Origin: Toensbergia leucococca | Lineage: Eukaryota | Reading direction: 5' to 3' | Length of the DNA: 64,000 bases | Assembly (NCBI GenBank): GCA_022813965.1 | Contig: JALDZS010000002.1 | Coordinates: 1-64,000 of the forward strand | In this document: piece by piece, positions 48,769-60,866 of the stretch | How positions within the stretch are numbered: position 1 is the first letter of the stretch | Layout of the letters: each line of letters begins with the position of its first letter | Program-made: the position numbers and the translations under genes | The notes under the pieces: model-generated | What the model was told of the DNA's origin: nothing | What the model saw: the letters and a program-made list of their open reading frames with translations, nothing else | Database searches by the model: none

Positions 48769-50630
48769 TCAGATCCACAGCTCTTGGTGAAAGGATTGTA
48801 ATCGTTCCACAATGTCTCCTTGGAAAGATTCGCAAACGACGTTGAAGACCTCGTCCAGCCACAAAAGCTTTGACAAGACTGCCATGATATCCTTCCATGA
48901 GTGCAGTCCTAGATCATGAGCCACTTGGGCCGTGGAATCGACAAACCAAGATCGCTCTTCCCCTTCTGACGATTCAATAGTCCCCGATACGAGCACCCAA
49001 AGTAGTAGCGGTCCAAACGGCGTCCAATCAGTCCAATGCTTTGATAGTACTCTTTTAAGCTGATGGACATGACGACCCAAGTATATCGGGTAGAGTCCAA
49101 ACTTGCGTCGAAGTTCACCAAGAAACAATATGGCTCCAAGTCGACAACATTCCTGTATTGTACCGGCAGTCTCATTTGGTTCCACATTTGGCGCTAAAGA
49201 AAGAAGTCTGTGGACTATAGGACTGATCCAGAGCACGGCGAAACGGGAATCTTGCCAAAGTTGGCCATCAGCAGATTTAGCGCGCATAATTAAGATTACC
49301 TTGGCAAGGTCGTCGAGTATATTGATCAGTTCAAGATGAGTAGGAAATGTCTGCTTCCATAGGATAGACATCTTGAGGGCAAGGCTGGAGGTTGGGCTTT
49401 TCTGAGACACAGAGTCGATATCTGGTAAGAGACTCCTCGGAGCTGGGAATCGAGGCTTCAGACTTTGAGTGCCAGCAGTAAACACGTCGACACTTGGTAG
49501 AGAATCAGTAATGTGATAACACTCCAATCAACGAGAAAGCATTTCAGGCACAAGAGAAAATCCGAGGAATGTGTTCTAGATGGGGAAATGGCAGCATACT
49601 TAAAGAGCAACATTCGCAGGGCCCAATTTGAGTCAAGTGCTTCAACACCTCCTCGAAGCTGAATGATTGTTTGCAACCCATCGAAATGTGATGCAAATGT
49701 GCTGAAGTCTCCTGATTTATTCTATCATACGCATTAGAAAGAGACTAAACATTCTCATGGAAGGCCACGCACGCTGCTGCACATAAAAGCAAGAATGCTT
49801 CCAATGATGCCGTCGCTTATTCCAAGTACCGGGTCAGAAAGCCTACTGTTCACGGATTGGATGGCCAAGCTATGGTGTATGATTGAATGTGCGTTGACGA
49901 CGGCTCCTACACATATGGAAGCCACAATCGGAGCTACATTCGAGAGGACTTGGAGGAATGCCGCCTCGTCCGTTATGAGGGTTGGAACCCACAAGTCTCT
50001 ATAGGGTCTGAAGATAGGACTTGGGTGGCCATATACTACTCAATGTTGCAGAGTGCAAGAGTAAGTAGTTGGCTACATAATGTTTGCTTTCGATGAAGGT
50101 ATTGACTTCAAAAAATTGATACACTGACTGTAATGCATCAGAGTATATGCATGCGAGTTCATCGCGACGGGAAACTTGATAAAAGGAAATGTTGCTCCGA
50201 GAATGGTGACGGGATTTGTTGAAATGGTACGATGGCTGTGGTCTGATAGAAGGCTTCTGTCATGGGCTTGGTTCGTGGTGGATGGAGCATTGTTGCCAAG
50301 AGCTGCCTCGTCGTCACTCGACTGCGATCCATCCTTCCAAAGGCACTCTATGTCTTTAGAATTCATATCATTGTGGACCAATTTGGCTCGGCTTGGTAAC
50401 GTCTCGGTCTTTCTAGTGGAGAGGAAAATGTGCTTTTGCTTGGAAGGAGGATTGCGTCTCCTTGCTTTACCAATATCTCGCATGACATGCTTTCGAATCA
50501 GTGTTTGACTCTCTAAATCCTTGGGTTTCCCTCCATCGGTGATAGTGATAAAGGCATATTTTGGTGGCTCAGCATCTTGGCTTTCGTCGCTAGCGCTGCT
50601 GGCCGAAGTGTAAGAGTATGTGGCTCTCAT
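48769..50630 (-). CDS. Fungal-specific transcription-factor-like protein lacking a Zn cluster; multi-exon
   Basis: N-terminal FITITDGGKPKD...IRKHVMRDIGKARRR motif, then AIQSVNSRLSD, HFDGLQTIIQLRGG, ECCRLGAILF and LLWVLVSG helices typical of Fungal_trans_2-like proteins. Confidence 0.65.
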
Positions 50631-50979
50631 ATTGGGGCTTCAAGAACCGAATAGTAATGACAGAGTACTATCGTCTAGTGATACAGTGACCGCTGTACTC
50701 TACAGTGTTGAAATAGCTGCTGCTGTGGCGCGATGATTATCAGTCACTCGTACCCTTGAGTTTGATCATCATCCCCGTGAGATGATGGGGTCAGATCATG
50801 TCAGATAAAAGTTTCACCAAGCTAAGGTATTCTAATATATTTCCACGTTATTGGGAGTCAGGGAGTGTTCAGAACCACCACGAACATGAACTTACCAACT
50901 ATTAAGTCTTCTGGGGCATGGTCTCTCACCCAGATCTCAAGTCCTCGTCCCTGAACCTGCACCGTCCATCCTCCTCACA

Positions 50980-52606
50980 ATGACCACTCTCGAAGAACCT
51001 CGGAATTCTACATTTCCCCAAAACCCTGAAGAATTCGACGCTGACCCCCGCGTATCCTTCTCCAAGCTCTCCCAAAAGTTCATCCTCGAGGCAGACGACG
51101 ACCAAGAATTTGAATTCGATGATGCGCTGAAGCGATGGGTTCCAGTGGTACGCCCTTACCCTCTCCGCAATCGAAGGGCCATAATTACTATACATCTTGC
51201 CTTTCTCTCTTGCTGGGCCGCCGAATTCTAATTGCAGACGTGGTGTGATGTGTGCGTGTACAGTTGGACGAAGCTCTACTGGAGAAACAAAGAGAGGCGT
51301 ATGCCGTCAAGGGTGTTGATGAGTCGGAACCGGCACAGCCGCTGAAAAAGAAGAGGAAGGAGATTTATACAAACGGAGAGGATGTATGAGACCTAGTCTT
51401 CCCTGATCAACTTCTAGAAATGGCAGGTCTGATGAAAATCACATTTCCTAGGAAAATGGCGGGCGTAGTGTCTCCAAAAAAGCCAAGCCTACACTAGAAC
51501 CCCGTGAACGCAAGAACACAGCTATCTACATAACATCTCTTCCCACAGACATCACAGTCCAAGAAGTCAACGACGTCTTTTCCCGCTGCGGCGTCATTGC
51601 AGAAGAAATTGACAGCCGTAAACCCCGTATCAAGCTCTACACCGACGACAACGGCAACTACAAAGGCGATGCTCTCATCGTGTATTTTCGCGCCGAAAGC
51701 GTTGATCTGGCAATCCAACTCTTGGATGATACAGACTTTCGATTCGGCGAGACGGCACAGGGGGGGAAGATGAAAGTCGCGGCTGCGGACTTTAGCTACA
51801 AGACACAGAAAGATGCACCTCCCAAAAGCAACAACAAAGACAAGAAAAAAATCATTAAAAAAACTCAAAAACTGAACAAGTAAGACGACCCCCCTTTCCA
51901 AACCCTAAATCCTCATTCTAACAACAAGCCCGACGCAGTAAACTTGCCGACTGGGACGATGACGACCCCTCCTCCCTTCAAGACACTAGCTCAAAATGGG
52001 ACAAAGTAGTAATCCTGAAGCATATGTTCACACTCGAAGAACTCGAAGTCCGTTCTCTCCCCTCCCGCTTTCTCCTCCCCCAAAAACCCCACCCCTGAAC
52101 ACCCCAACATCAATTCCAAAGCTCCCATCCATCCTAACCACCCTTCAACTATACAGGAAGACCCCGCCGCCATCCTCGACATCAAAGACGACATTCGCGA
52201 CGAATGCGCCAAAGTTGGCCCCGTCACAAACGTTGTCCTCTTTGACAAGGAACCCGACGGCGTAGCAAGCGTGCGTTTCGGAACCGCCGAAGATGCAATA
52301 GCGTGCGTAAGGGTAATTATCTACCTCCCTTGCCACCCATTTCCTAAGACAAACCTCTCCTCCCACCGTCTACTTTTACAACCTCTGCCCCTCCATCTCA
52401 AACAAAACTAATCCCTCTGGCTCTCCAAAAAGGTAATGAGCGGGCGCTTTTTCTCCACGGCGAAAATTGAAGCGTATATCGCCGACGGCAATGAGAAGTT
52501 CAAGAAGAGCAGCGAGAGAAAGGAAGGGGCTGGAGACGACGGCGAAGAGGAAGGGAAGAGGTTAGATAAGTTTGGGAGTTGGCTTGAGGAGGGGACGGAG
52601 GGGTGA
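50980..52606 (+). CDS. CUS2: U2 snRNP-associated splicing factor Tat-SF1/Cus2/Uap2 (RRM + UHM); multi-exon
   Basis: FPQNPEEFDADPRVSFS, NTAIYITSLP, KPRIKLY...KGDALIVY, KLADWDDD, VILKHMFTLEEL, DIKDDIRDECAKVG, MSGRFF and RLDKFGSWLEE. Stop at 52604-52606. Confidence 0.9.
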
Positions 52607-53049
52607 GATTAAGGGGGATTGTGGATGTGTTGATATGTTGATGGGCGCGGAAAAGGGGAAATTTGTGAATGGGAATGGGTGTATGTAGCCCTCTTCGATT
52701 GAATGTAGACTACAGACTTTTCTCAAGAATCGCTGAATGTGCCATGCCTTGTTCCTAGGGTCCCATTTCTCATATCCTGAATAGAAAACACAGCTGGCGT
52801 AAGGCCGTTTTGCTTGCTACATACTATTATGTCTTGTAATCTTTGTACAAAGGGCACACACTTGAAAACTGTGAAATAGTTGGCAAGCTAAGTGTGTGCC
52901 AGTAACATACTCCGTGAAAATCGTAAGCATGTGTGATGATATCCGTAAACGCCTCCCCTACAAAGCACCTCCTCAGCGCCCCAACACCGTAGCAAAAACA
53001 TCAATCCCCCAGCAATCCCAACATCCTCGGGATGTGAAACTATCGAAGC

Positions 53050-54462
53050 CTACAACGCTTCGCCCACGCCCTGCGAATAGCGCGGACTATGATAGTCGCC
53101 ATCAGCCTGAAGATCCGAGAACCGTAAGCGCCTCGGAGCGCCGTTGATGGATTGTCTCGGACTGCTGGAGTAGCTCCTGTCTCCTTCCGCCCAGGGCATC
53201 GTGCCGCTCATGCGTCTCGACTGGCGCGGGCTATGCCTATTCCCTCCTTCCCAGGGAATAGGCGGCGCCTGCATGGAATGCGCTGAATCCAGATTACGCT
53301 TCTCCTGGCCCACAGACGACGCAACTGTGCCCATATTGGTGTTGTGCCAAGCGTCGGAACCGACGCCGCTGCTACTAGTAGCGGTGGTAGGGACGGAGTC
53401 GCTGGAGTCTTGGGAGGAGTCGCCGAAAGGAAAGGTGGCGCCGTTGTTGTTATTGTTGTTGTTGTTTTGGAGGCTGCGGCGGGGACTGCGGCTTGGGACT
53501 TCGGGCGGGGTGCTGTAGCGCTGGATGGGGTCGCGGTTGTAGAGAGATTCGCGAAGTTCACGGGAAGGTTCTTCACCTTGGAGGACGTGCACATGCATGT
53601 CTTCGTAGGGGCGACCGATACCACTTAGGCCGAAAGGTGTGGACGGGTGGTTGGGAATCGGATAGGTGGTGGAAGGAAGGCCATGGCTGTCTCGGATGTT
53701 AGAGGCCGAACGACTGCGGGATCTGGATCTGGAGGTGGACTTTCGGAGGCGCTGATTGCGGGGCGATGAAGTGTTGATGTAAGGTTCGGCACCGGGAACG
53801 GTGGCATCTGTAAGTCCTGCACGGGAGTTTGGGGCGCTCCTGCGAGGGTTGGGAGGGACTGGTACGAATGGGTTTTCGGGACGCAGAGGTTGATGCTGTT
53901 CTTTGTTCTGTCTGCTAACCATGGCCATATCTGGGACTGTGGGATGCTGGTCCATGCTTGGGGCTCGTCCATGTTGCTCAAGAGGTATGTATGCACGACC
54001 TGGGTTGCTGGGCTCATTTGAGCGCCAGGTCTTGATCTCATCGTCATGGATTGGGCCGGAATTGCGGTTGCGCTGACGGCGGCGACGTCGCGCAAGGCAG
54101 CAATATATGCATCCAAGTATGAGAACCAGAAGTATCACCCCAACGATAGCACAGACAATTGTGACGATTAGGTCAGTGTGGGTGAAGCCAGACGAAGACG
54201 GTGCTTTTGACGCAGTGGGCGAAGAGGCAGCAGCCGCGGATGTTTGTGATGTTGAGGCAGCTGAAGGAGTAGAAGATGATGATGAAGATGATGATGAAGA
54301 TGATGACGCTTTTGCATCGGCGGAGCTCACTGCACTCGCTGCTGAACCCGCAATGCTAATGAAACCGTTGAGAGGATTAGCTGTTGATGTTGCTGCCTGA
54401 CCTAATACACCAGAGGCGATGGATAAGGCCAAGATAGCTGAGAAAACGAATTGCTGATACAT
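53050..54462 (-). CDS. Single-pass cell-surface protein (signal peptide, Ser-rich ectodomain, TM, long cytoplasmic tail); Mid2/Skg6-like architecture
   Basis: ATG at 54462 with signal MYQQFVFSAILALSIASGVLGQ, poly-Ser, TM IVTIVCAIVGVILLVLILGCIYCCLA followed by RRRRRQR, and C-terminal RRLRFSD...VGEAL. Confidence 0.75.
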   Translation of the reverse strand: MYQQFVFSAILALSIASGVLGQAATSTANPLNGFISIAGSAASAVSSADAKASSSSSSSSSSSSTPSAASTSQTSAAAASSPTASKAPSSSGFTHTDLIVTIVCAIVGVILLVLILGCIYCCLARRRRRQRNRNSGPIHDDEIKTWRSNEPSNPGRAYIPLEQHGRAPSMDQHPTVPDMAMVSRQNKEQHQPLRPENPFVPVPPNPRRSAPNSRAGLTDATVPGAEPYINTSSPRNQRLRKSTSRSRSRSRSASNIRDSHGLPSTTYPIPNHPSTPFGLSGIGRPYEDMHVHVLQGEEPSRELRESLYNRDPIQRYSTPPEVPSRSPRRSLQNNNNNNNNGATFPFGDSSQDSSDSVPTTATSSSGVGSDAWHNTNMGTVASSVGQEKRNLDSAHSMQAPPIPWEGGNRHSPRQSRRMSGTMPWAEGDRSYSSSPRQSINGAPRRLRFSDLQADGDYHSPRYSQGVGEAL

Positions 54463-55737
54463 CTTGCGGGATTGAATGAAAATTGTGACCGAGGAAAGGT
54501 GAGGATGGCTCAATAGCCAAAGTAGGAAGAACTAATCAGAGGCAGAAGACACAGATGCTGTCTAGTTAGACTAAGTTAGATGGAGTGACTTGAAAGATAG
54601 GAAGAATTGTCTACAACGTGCAGAAGACGTTTAGGTAGAATATCTATGAAAGTGACAGACAATAGACTGGGGGTAGGCACGGTTCATGTATGTACGTATT
54701 TCATCATGCAGAAACAGGGCTGGAAGCCAAAGTTGGAATATGGCGCACTCATCATTCACTTAGCCGAGCCTGTAGGTACAATGCTAACCTGCAAGCAGTG
54801 CATTCCCGTTGGCAGGAACCACACAGCAGCTTCAAATTACAGCGCTTGCTTGAGGTGTGGTGGGGGCTATCCCGCTCAATGACGGAAGGGCTGCGGCATC
54901 AAGCGAGGATCAAAACTTGGACGCGGGAACGTCATTCCGTCATAATCACCACTACATCACTGGTGCATCATCTTCTACATGTGGAGGAAGATGAAATTCG
55001 TAGATACAACACGTGTAACCCATCTAATTGAGACTGGGAATAAAATGAACTCCTATTCTGTGAGTGTTTACTGCTCGAGAGCTTTGTGACATGGTTGAAG
55101 CTAGACGACATTCATACTTCTAGATCATCCGATGTGGCTTGCACAGCCACGAAAGCCACATCAGCTGCGCCATGATCTGCAGATAAGGTCTCAAAACGGC
55201 TAGGGGAGATCATCAGCCACTGCTAATGGTTAAATTAACTTTTGTGGCACTTCAGATGGTGTGGAGTGTTACCGCGATCCAGTCAAAATACTTCGAATTA
55301 GCGACGTCTTTAATATTCTAGGTCTGATACACGATCAAGCATTTTTCTGTCGTCACTCGATTAGAATCACTTCGTACGCGAAAGGGCTCTATCACGCACC
55401 AAATTGCGCTCCTCAAGATTCTCATCCTGGTAGACTGAAAATGTCTACTTCTAACCATGATAATTCTAAACTTTTGAAAACAGGAATCTCGAGACAGTGA
55501 GAATTTCTAGCATCCCCAAGAGAAGAAATATTGGTCAGCAGGCTGTTGGCTAAGGACCGGTATACAAATGCACTGAATCAACCAAAATCCTAATCTCTGG
55601 CGCAAGTATTTGACGATTTATATGAAGAGCCACATTTGATGTTTCAAGGTCGCCTTTGTTTCACGTGGGACCATATTCCGACCAGGTAGACATATCCTTG
55701 AGACCCTAGACTTGAAAGTGCACGCTGTCCTGGCGGA

Positions 55738-56980
55738 TCAATAGACATAGCCAGTCCAGTCCTGCGCCCCTGCCGCGCTCGCAGCCCCTTGCAAGGCCGT
55801 CTTCACATTTCCTTTCGTACTGACAAATCCAATCTCATAACCATCAAGCCCACATGACAGCAGGTGTTCGAACAGGACCGAGTGCTATTGTAGCTTGGAA
55901 TGATTTCCCAGTACAGCTAAAGCTCCTTTTAACATTCCTAACTATAATTAGACGGGGCGTAAGACTTACCAGGAATGCCGTTGCTGTTGTAACTTGCAGC
56001 TTCAGGGCCAAATTCTCCATTCGCGGACACGCCCCATTCTTCGACCATCACATGCTTACCCTGACCAGCAGCTGTCTGCTCGAGGGACGGGATGTATGGG
56101 CTCCAGCCACCCACACTGCTCATGTAGCCATGAAAGCTGAGGATGTCGATTGCACTGCAGCAGAGAACCGTTTCGATGATATTATATTCGTGATTTTCAT
56201 ATTCCGAGCCGCCTACATCACCAGTCGCAACCTTCACACTAGACGTAGTAATCAAGCGCTTCATATTTCCTGCCTTACCACACAGCTAGTAATTAGGTTC
56301 ATTCTCCTTGAGCAAGTCCACGGACGCAATCATTGGCTCGTTTTGAATATCGAACACCAGTATAACTTGACTTAGCGGACTCCACTGCTTCCCAAAATTC
56401 GATGACTTATAGTTGAGTATGTGAGCTACACGAGTATCGTAATCTGTCTTAACAGCAGTGGACGAATAGAAAGTGTCCGAGCTACCGTATTTTTTGCAGT
56501 AAACATCGCAGCCATTGTAGCCAGTAGATGACCCAGAAGGAGGTAGAAGGGTTCCGTCGTGAGGGCTGATGATAACTTTCATTCCATTGGCGTATATGAT
56601 CTTTAGGGTATCATCTAATGCCTTTAGGACCGCGTCATTGAATATACCCACGGTGTTAGGCTCAAGGTCAGCAATGGCAGTTGTAGTACTGCCTTTGGTG
56701 CATCCTGAATAACTGCCGGTCACTGGAATTTTGAGGTCAGCTAGAATAGACCCCAACATAGAACTTATCAAGCGTGTGTACCCCAAAGTCGGACAACCTT
56801 GGCACCATCTGCTGCGAGTGCCTCAATAAAGTCCGTCTGATACTCTGTTGAAATTGCGTGTAGGAATTAGCTATTTGCTCCTGCAAAAGATTTAGACGAC
56901 CTCTTTTCAATTGCCGTAGCTACTACCTGAAAGATGAAGAAAGCTTGCGGAACAAATACAAAAATGTTGGAAAGCAACAT
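55738..56980 (-). pseudogene. Disrupted secreted glycoside hydrolase family 5 (mannanase-like) gene
   Basis: Signal peptide plus SFAGANS*FLHA (TAA at 56869-56867), KVVRLW, KVIISPHD, DIQNEP, NY*LCG (TAG at 56288-56286), SFHGY and VEEWG. Apparent frameshifts at the last splice donor and before DGYEIG. Confidence 0.85.
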
Positions 56981-58672
56981 GTTGGGATGAAAGCTCAGAC
57001 TCGAAGAATTCGCTACTCCACTGAGTTCTCGATATCACTATATTTACTTTCAACGACGCAAGGTGAAGACACATGTAGAGCTTTTGACACTGGTAGCATA
57101 CGGAAAGGAGTTCCCAATGGGGACACACGCCGTCAAGGGGGGGGAGACATCGAGTGATCGTGCTACTGGGGATACCCGTATATGCAGTTTTGAAAAGGGT
57201 TCAGAATCCACTTGAAATGAATAAGCTGTGCTGCGGAATTTAGGATCACTCTGAGAAACACGCACACAGCCTTCGAACCTAGAACATAGACATAATAGTA
57301 TTGAGTAGAGAAGATAGACTTGTAACAAGAAAACAGCGATACAGTAGTCCAGGTTCAAGATCTTAATTTAGTTGATTGTATTCAACACTTCTTCACACAA
57401 AGCCCACACTCAACCGGCCGAGATGTAATTGCGAATGGCATCACGAGCCTAGAGACACATTTGAGCGTTGCGAGTGGCAAGTCGGAGCTTTGCTTTTTCT
57501 TTCGTTCTTGACTCCTGAACGGGGTCTAGCTAATACCTCGGAATTGAGATCTCTATTATTCAGTCCCGAGATGCCCTTGTTGTGTTGAATAAGTTGAAAT
57601 CCGTCGTATGAGTGTCGAAGATGATTCGTTTATCCGTTGCAGGAGGCCGAAGATAGGTTTCGCCTAAGATCGACGTGCATAATCCTCGACGCTCATAGTC
57701 GTCGGGGGCTAATCTCCACAAAATGATAGTCTCACGACGAGCCAAGCCGACACAGAAATGTGGTAGCACTCAAACGCTTTTCGTAGTGGATACCTCGACC
57801 GGAGGATGTTGAACTTATCTCAGAATGGGTAGCCTTGCTGGTAGCCTGGCTGCTGGGACATCCATTGGGAACCCTGGAGAATAGGTAGGGTATCCGTAGA
57901 AATAGAAACATGCCCTGGCTTTACCCCACCGTAGATCAATCACCATTCGTTTGCTTGTCAACGGCCCACTATTCTAGTCTCCGTCAAGTTATTTCAAACA
58001 TGACAGAAGCTGTGTCTTCTTCGCGAATAGGACTCACTGGGGTGGGGCCACATGCTTTTGAGGGCCGCCAGGCATTCAGCGGCACGTTGGGTTTAGCTGC
58101 GCCCGGGTGAATTATATCAGAAAGGCATATTTGAGAATCGATGTATTCTATTTCAGTTGATGGATGATGGATGAGTTTTCTAAGCAGTAAGAATAGGAGG
58201 TGAGATTTGTGTAATACGCGTATGTTGCACACCATTGGTGGATTCACACCATCCTTGGATAATGGCCTTGAGGTAGCCATGGATGACGATAGTGCACCAA
58301 GAATGTGGTGGTTTTGTGTTCTTTCTCATACCTACCTTACGGTAGGTACCTTACCTACCTTATTTACTCTAATGCATCCATGGAATTGGAGATATAATAA
58401 TGGCGTCACAGCGGGCGCTACTAATCCGACATTTAATCGTGCCGAGGTGCCTCGCTCAATTGAGGTACCGGTATGCCATTGCTTCGATAGCTTCCCCACA
58501 TGGCCAAACAGCCGCGAAATTTCAATTGTTGGCCATCGCAGTTCAATTCCCTTGACCACGAGCCCCCGCCTCACAGTCTTCGTTTGTAGCTGAGATTGAT
58601 GCCTGAATGTTGAGCCTCAGAAAACATCATCGGTTCTGATCTAATCTCAACACGTCTCTACATTCATTCCAT

Positions 58673-60671
58673 ATGGCGGAATTGTCTAACACTATCCGTG
58701 TGGTGGGTGGCTATAACAAGGATGCATATACCTACTACCCTGTTCTGATCGTGGGTGCTGGAGAATCTGGAATTGCTATGGGATGTCGATTGAGGGAGGA
58801 GCTCGGATTTGATCAATTCCGTATCTTTGATCGCCAGTCCGGAATGGGAGGGACATGGTGGATCAATCGCTATCCTGGTGTGGCCTGTGATGTGTATGCT
58901 TCTTCGTTTGCTGTACACCACAACTCGCTGATTGTTTTGCCAGCCCAGCTATATTCTACTCCTTTTCTTTTGCCCCTAACCATAGGTGGACCACCTTTCA
59001 TCCCCCAGGACCAGAAATCATTAAATATCTTCAATACGTTTGCGACAAATACCAGATTGTTGATAAGATTCAATTAAACACAGACGTCAAAGAATTGCGC
59101 TGGCTTGAGCACGAGGAAGTGTGGGAGGTCACTCTTGTGCACATGGTCCCAGGGACCGGAGACCTGAGTGAGAAAGAGCGGCGGCAGCGAGTTGTGGAGC
59201 ATGGGGAAAGTAGTGTCTATCTGAGGCATGAAATCGTAAGGGCGAAGATGATCGCCAGTGCTGTTGGTGGCCTAGTAGAGCCGAACAGTTGGCCTGAGTC
59301 AATCCCTGGCCGGGAAAACTTCAAAGGAGATATTTTTCACTCCGCTCGATGGAAGCAAGACGTTGACCTTGAAGGAAAGGATGTGATTGTCTTGGGCACT
59401 GGTTGCAGTGCCGCTCAATTTGTGCCCCTTTTGACAAAGTCTCCCTACAATGCCAAGTCGGTTACTCAAATCATGCGGTCGCCGCCGTGGGTCGTCCCTA
59501 GGGATAAACCGCCTTTCGGAAAGAAAGCATGGGAGAAATGGAGTCCTACTCTCTTCAGTAAAGTACCGGGGCTTGCTCGATTTTTCCGAACCGTAGTCTT
59601 CCTAGCTACGGAACTCCAATTTTATCAGCTTTTCCTAGGCAAAGAGAAAAACATAAAAGCACGGAAACAAGTAGAAGCAGAATTACTCGACCACATGAAA
59701 AAGGCTGTTCCGAAGAAATATCATGAGATCCTCACCCCTGACTATGGGGTAGGTTGCAAGCGCCGCATCTTTGACGCGAATTGGTTTCCAGGTCTAAACG
59801 ATCCTAACATTGAATTAACCACTCAGCCTCTGACAAGTATTCAGCCAAGGGGAGTTACTCTCGGTCCAGGCCGTACGTATCCGGATCTCAAAAACACGAA
59901 TAGTAACGCTCCAGTGGAAGAGATTCAACTCCCAGCAGACATAGTTATCTTGGCCAACGGCTTTGACCTTACCACGTTCATGCATCCACTAAAGGTAAGT
60001 GGAAAAGAGGGTAAACTACTGCAAGACGTTTGGGATGAACGCGGAGGTACTCAAGCATATATGGGCACTGCAATGGATGGATTCCCGAATTTTGCCATCA
60101 TTTTTGGCCCGAACACTGCAACCGGCCATTCTTCTGTTATTCTAGCTAGCGAAAATATGGTAAATTACGCTCTCAAACTCATGAAACCGGTTCTTGACGG
60201 CGATGTAAAGACTTTCGAAGTGAAAAAAGCTGCAGAAATTGCGTGGACGAATAACATTCAAGAAGAGCTTAAGGATACCGTTTGGATGAGTGGAGGGTGT
60301 CACAGCTGGTATAAGAATGAAAAGGGATGGAACGCAACGGCGTATCCGTGAGTATCTATCCATGTAGAAGATGTACTCGCTGATTTTAAGCCAGACGTTC
60401 TCAGATTGATTTCTCGTTGAAATGCATGTTCCCCAAATGGCAGGATTGGGACTTTCAATATACCCGAAAAGGAATTCTGAAGCAAAGGATGAGGAAAGTA
60501 GTGGGATACGCTACGCTTGCTGCTGCAATTATTGGAGCTTACAAGATTCGAAATGACATTGGGGCATTTAGCAGGCTGCCGGATGTCCTGTGGCACTACA
60601 TTAGGTATGGGATGCTTGGGATCCTGAGGATTGTGAATCGTGGTGTAGATGAGCTCCAAAGCAAAATATAG
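58673..60671 (+). CDS. Flavin-containing Baeyer-Villiger-type monooxygenase; 3 exons
   Basis: IVGAGESG, GGTWWINRYPGVACD, BVMO fingerprint FKGDIFHSARW, LGTGCSAAQ, GCKRRI, LANGF and GCHSWY. Confidence 0.92.
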
Positions 60672-60866
60672 ACCATAAAGTATATAGTACAGAATGATAC
60701 AAGACAGAATTCTCTTGTCTGAGCATGTTGTCCATTGACAGAGAAATAGAACATTAGATGAAGAAGCCATCGGAGACACTCGCCTGGCATTTAAACCTCG
60801 ACCCCGCATTTTTGGTTATCGACGACTTTTGTACCTTTTCCTTGTCACTGAACTCGGCAAATCACC

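Noticed and set aside
53443..54306. (GTT)n and (GAT/GAA)n trinucleotide repeats
   Set aside because: They simply encode the poly-Asn and poly-Ser tracts of the surface protein.
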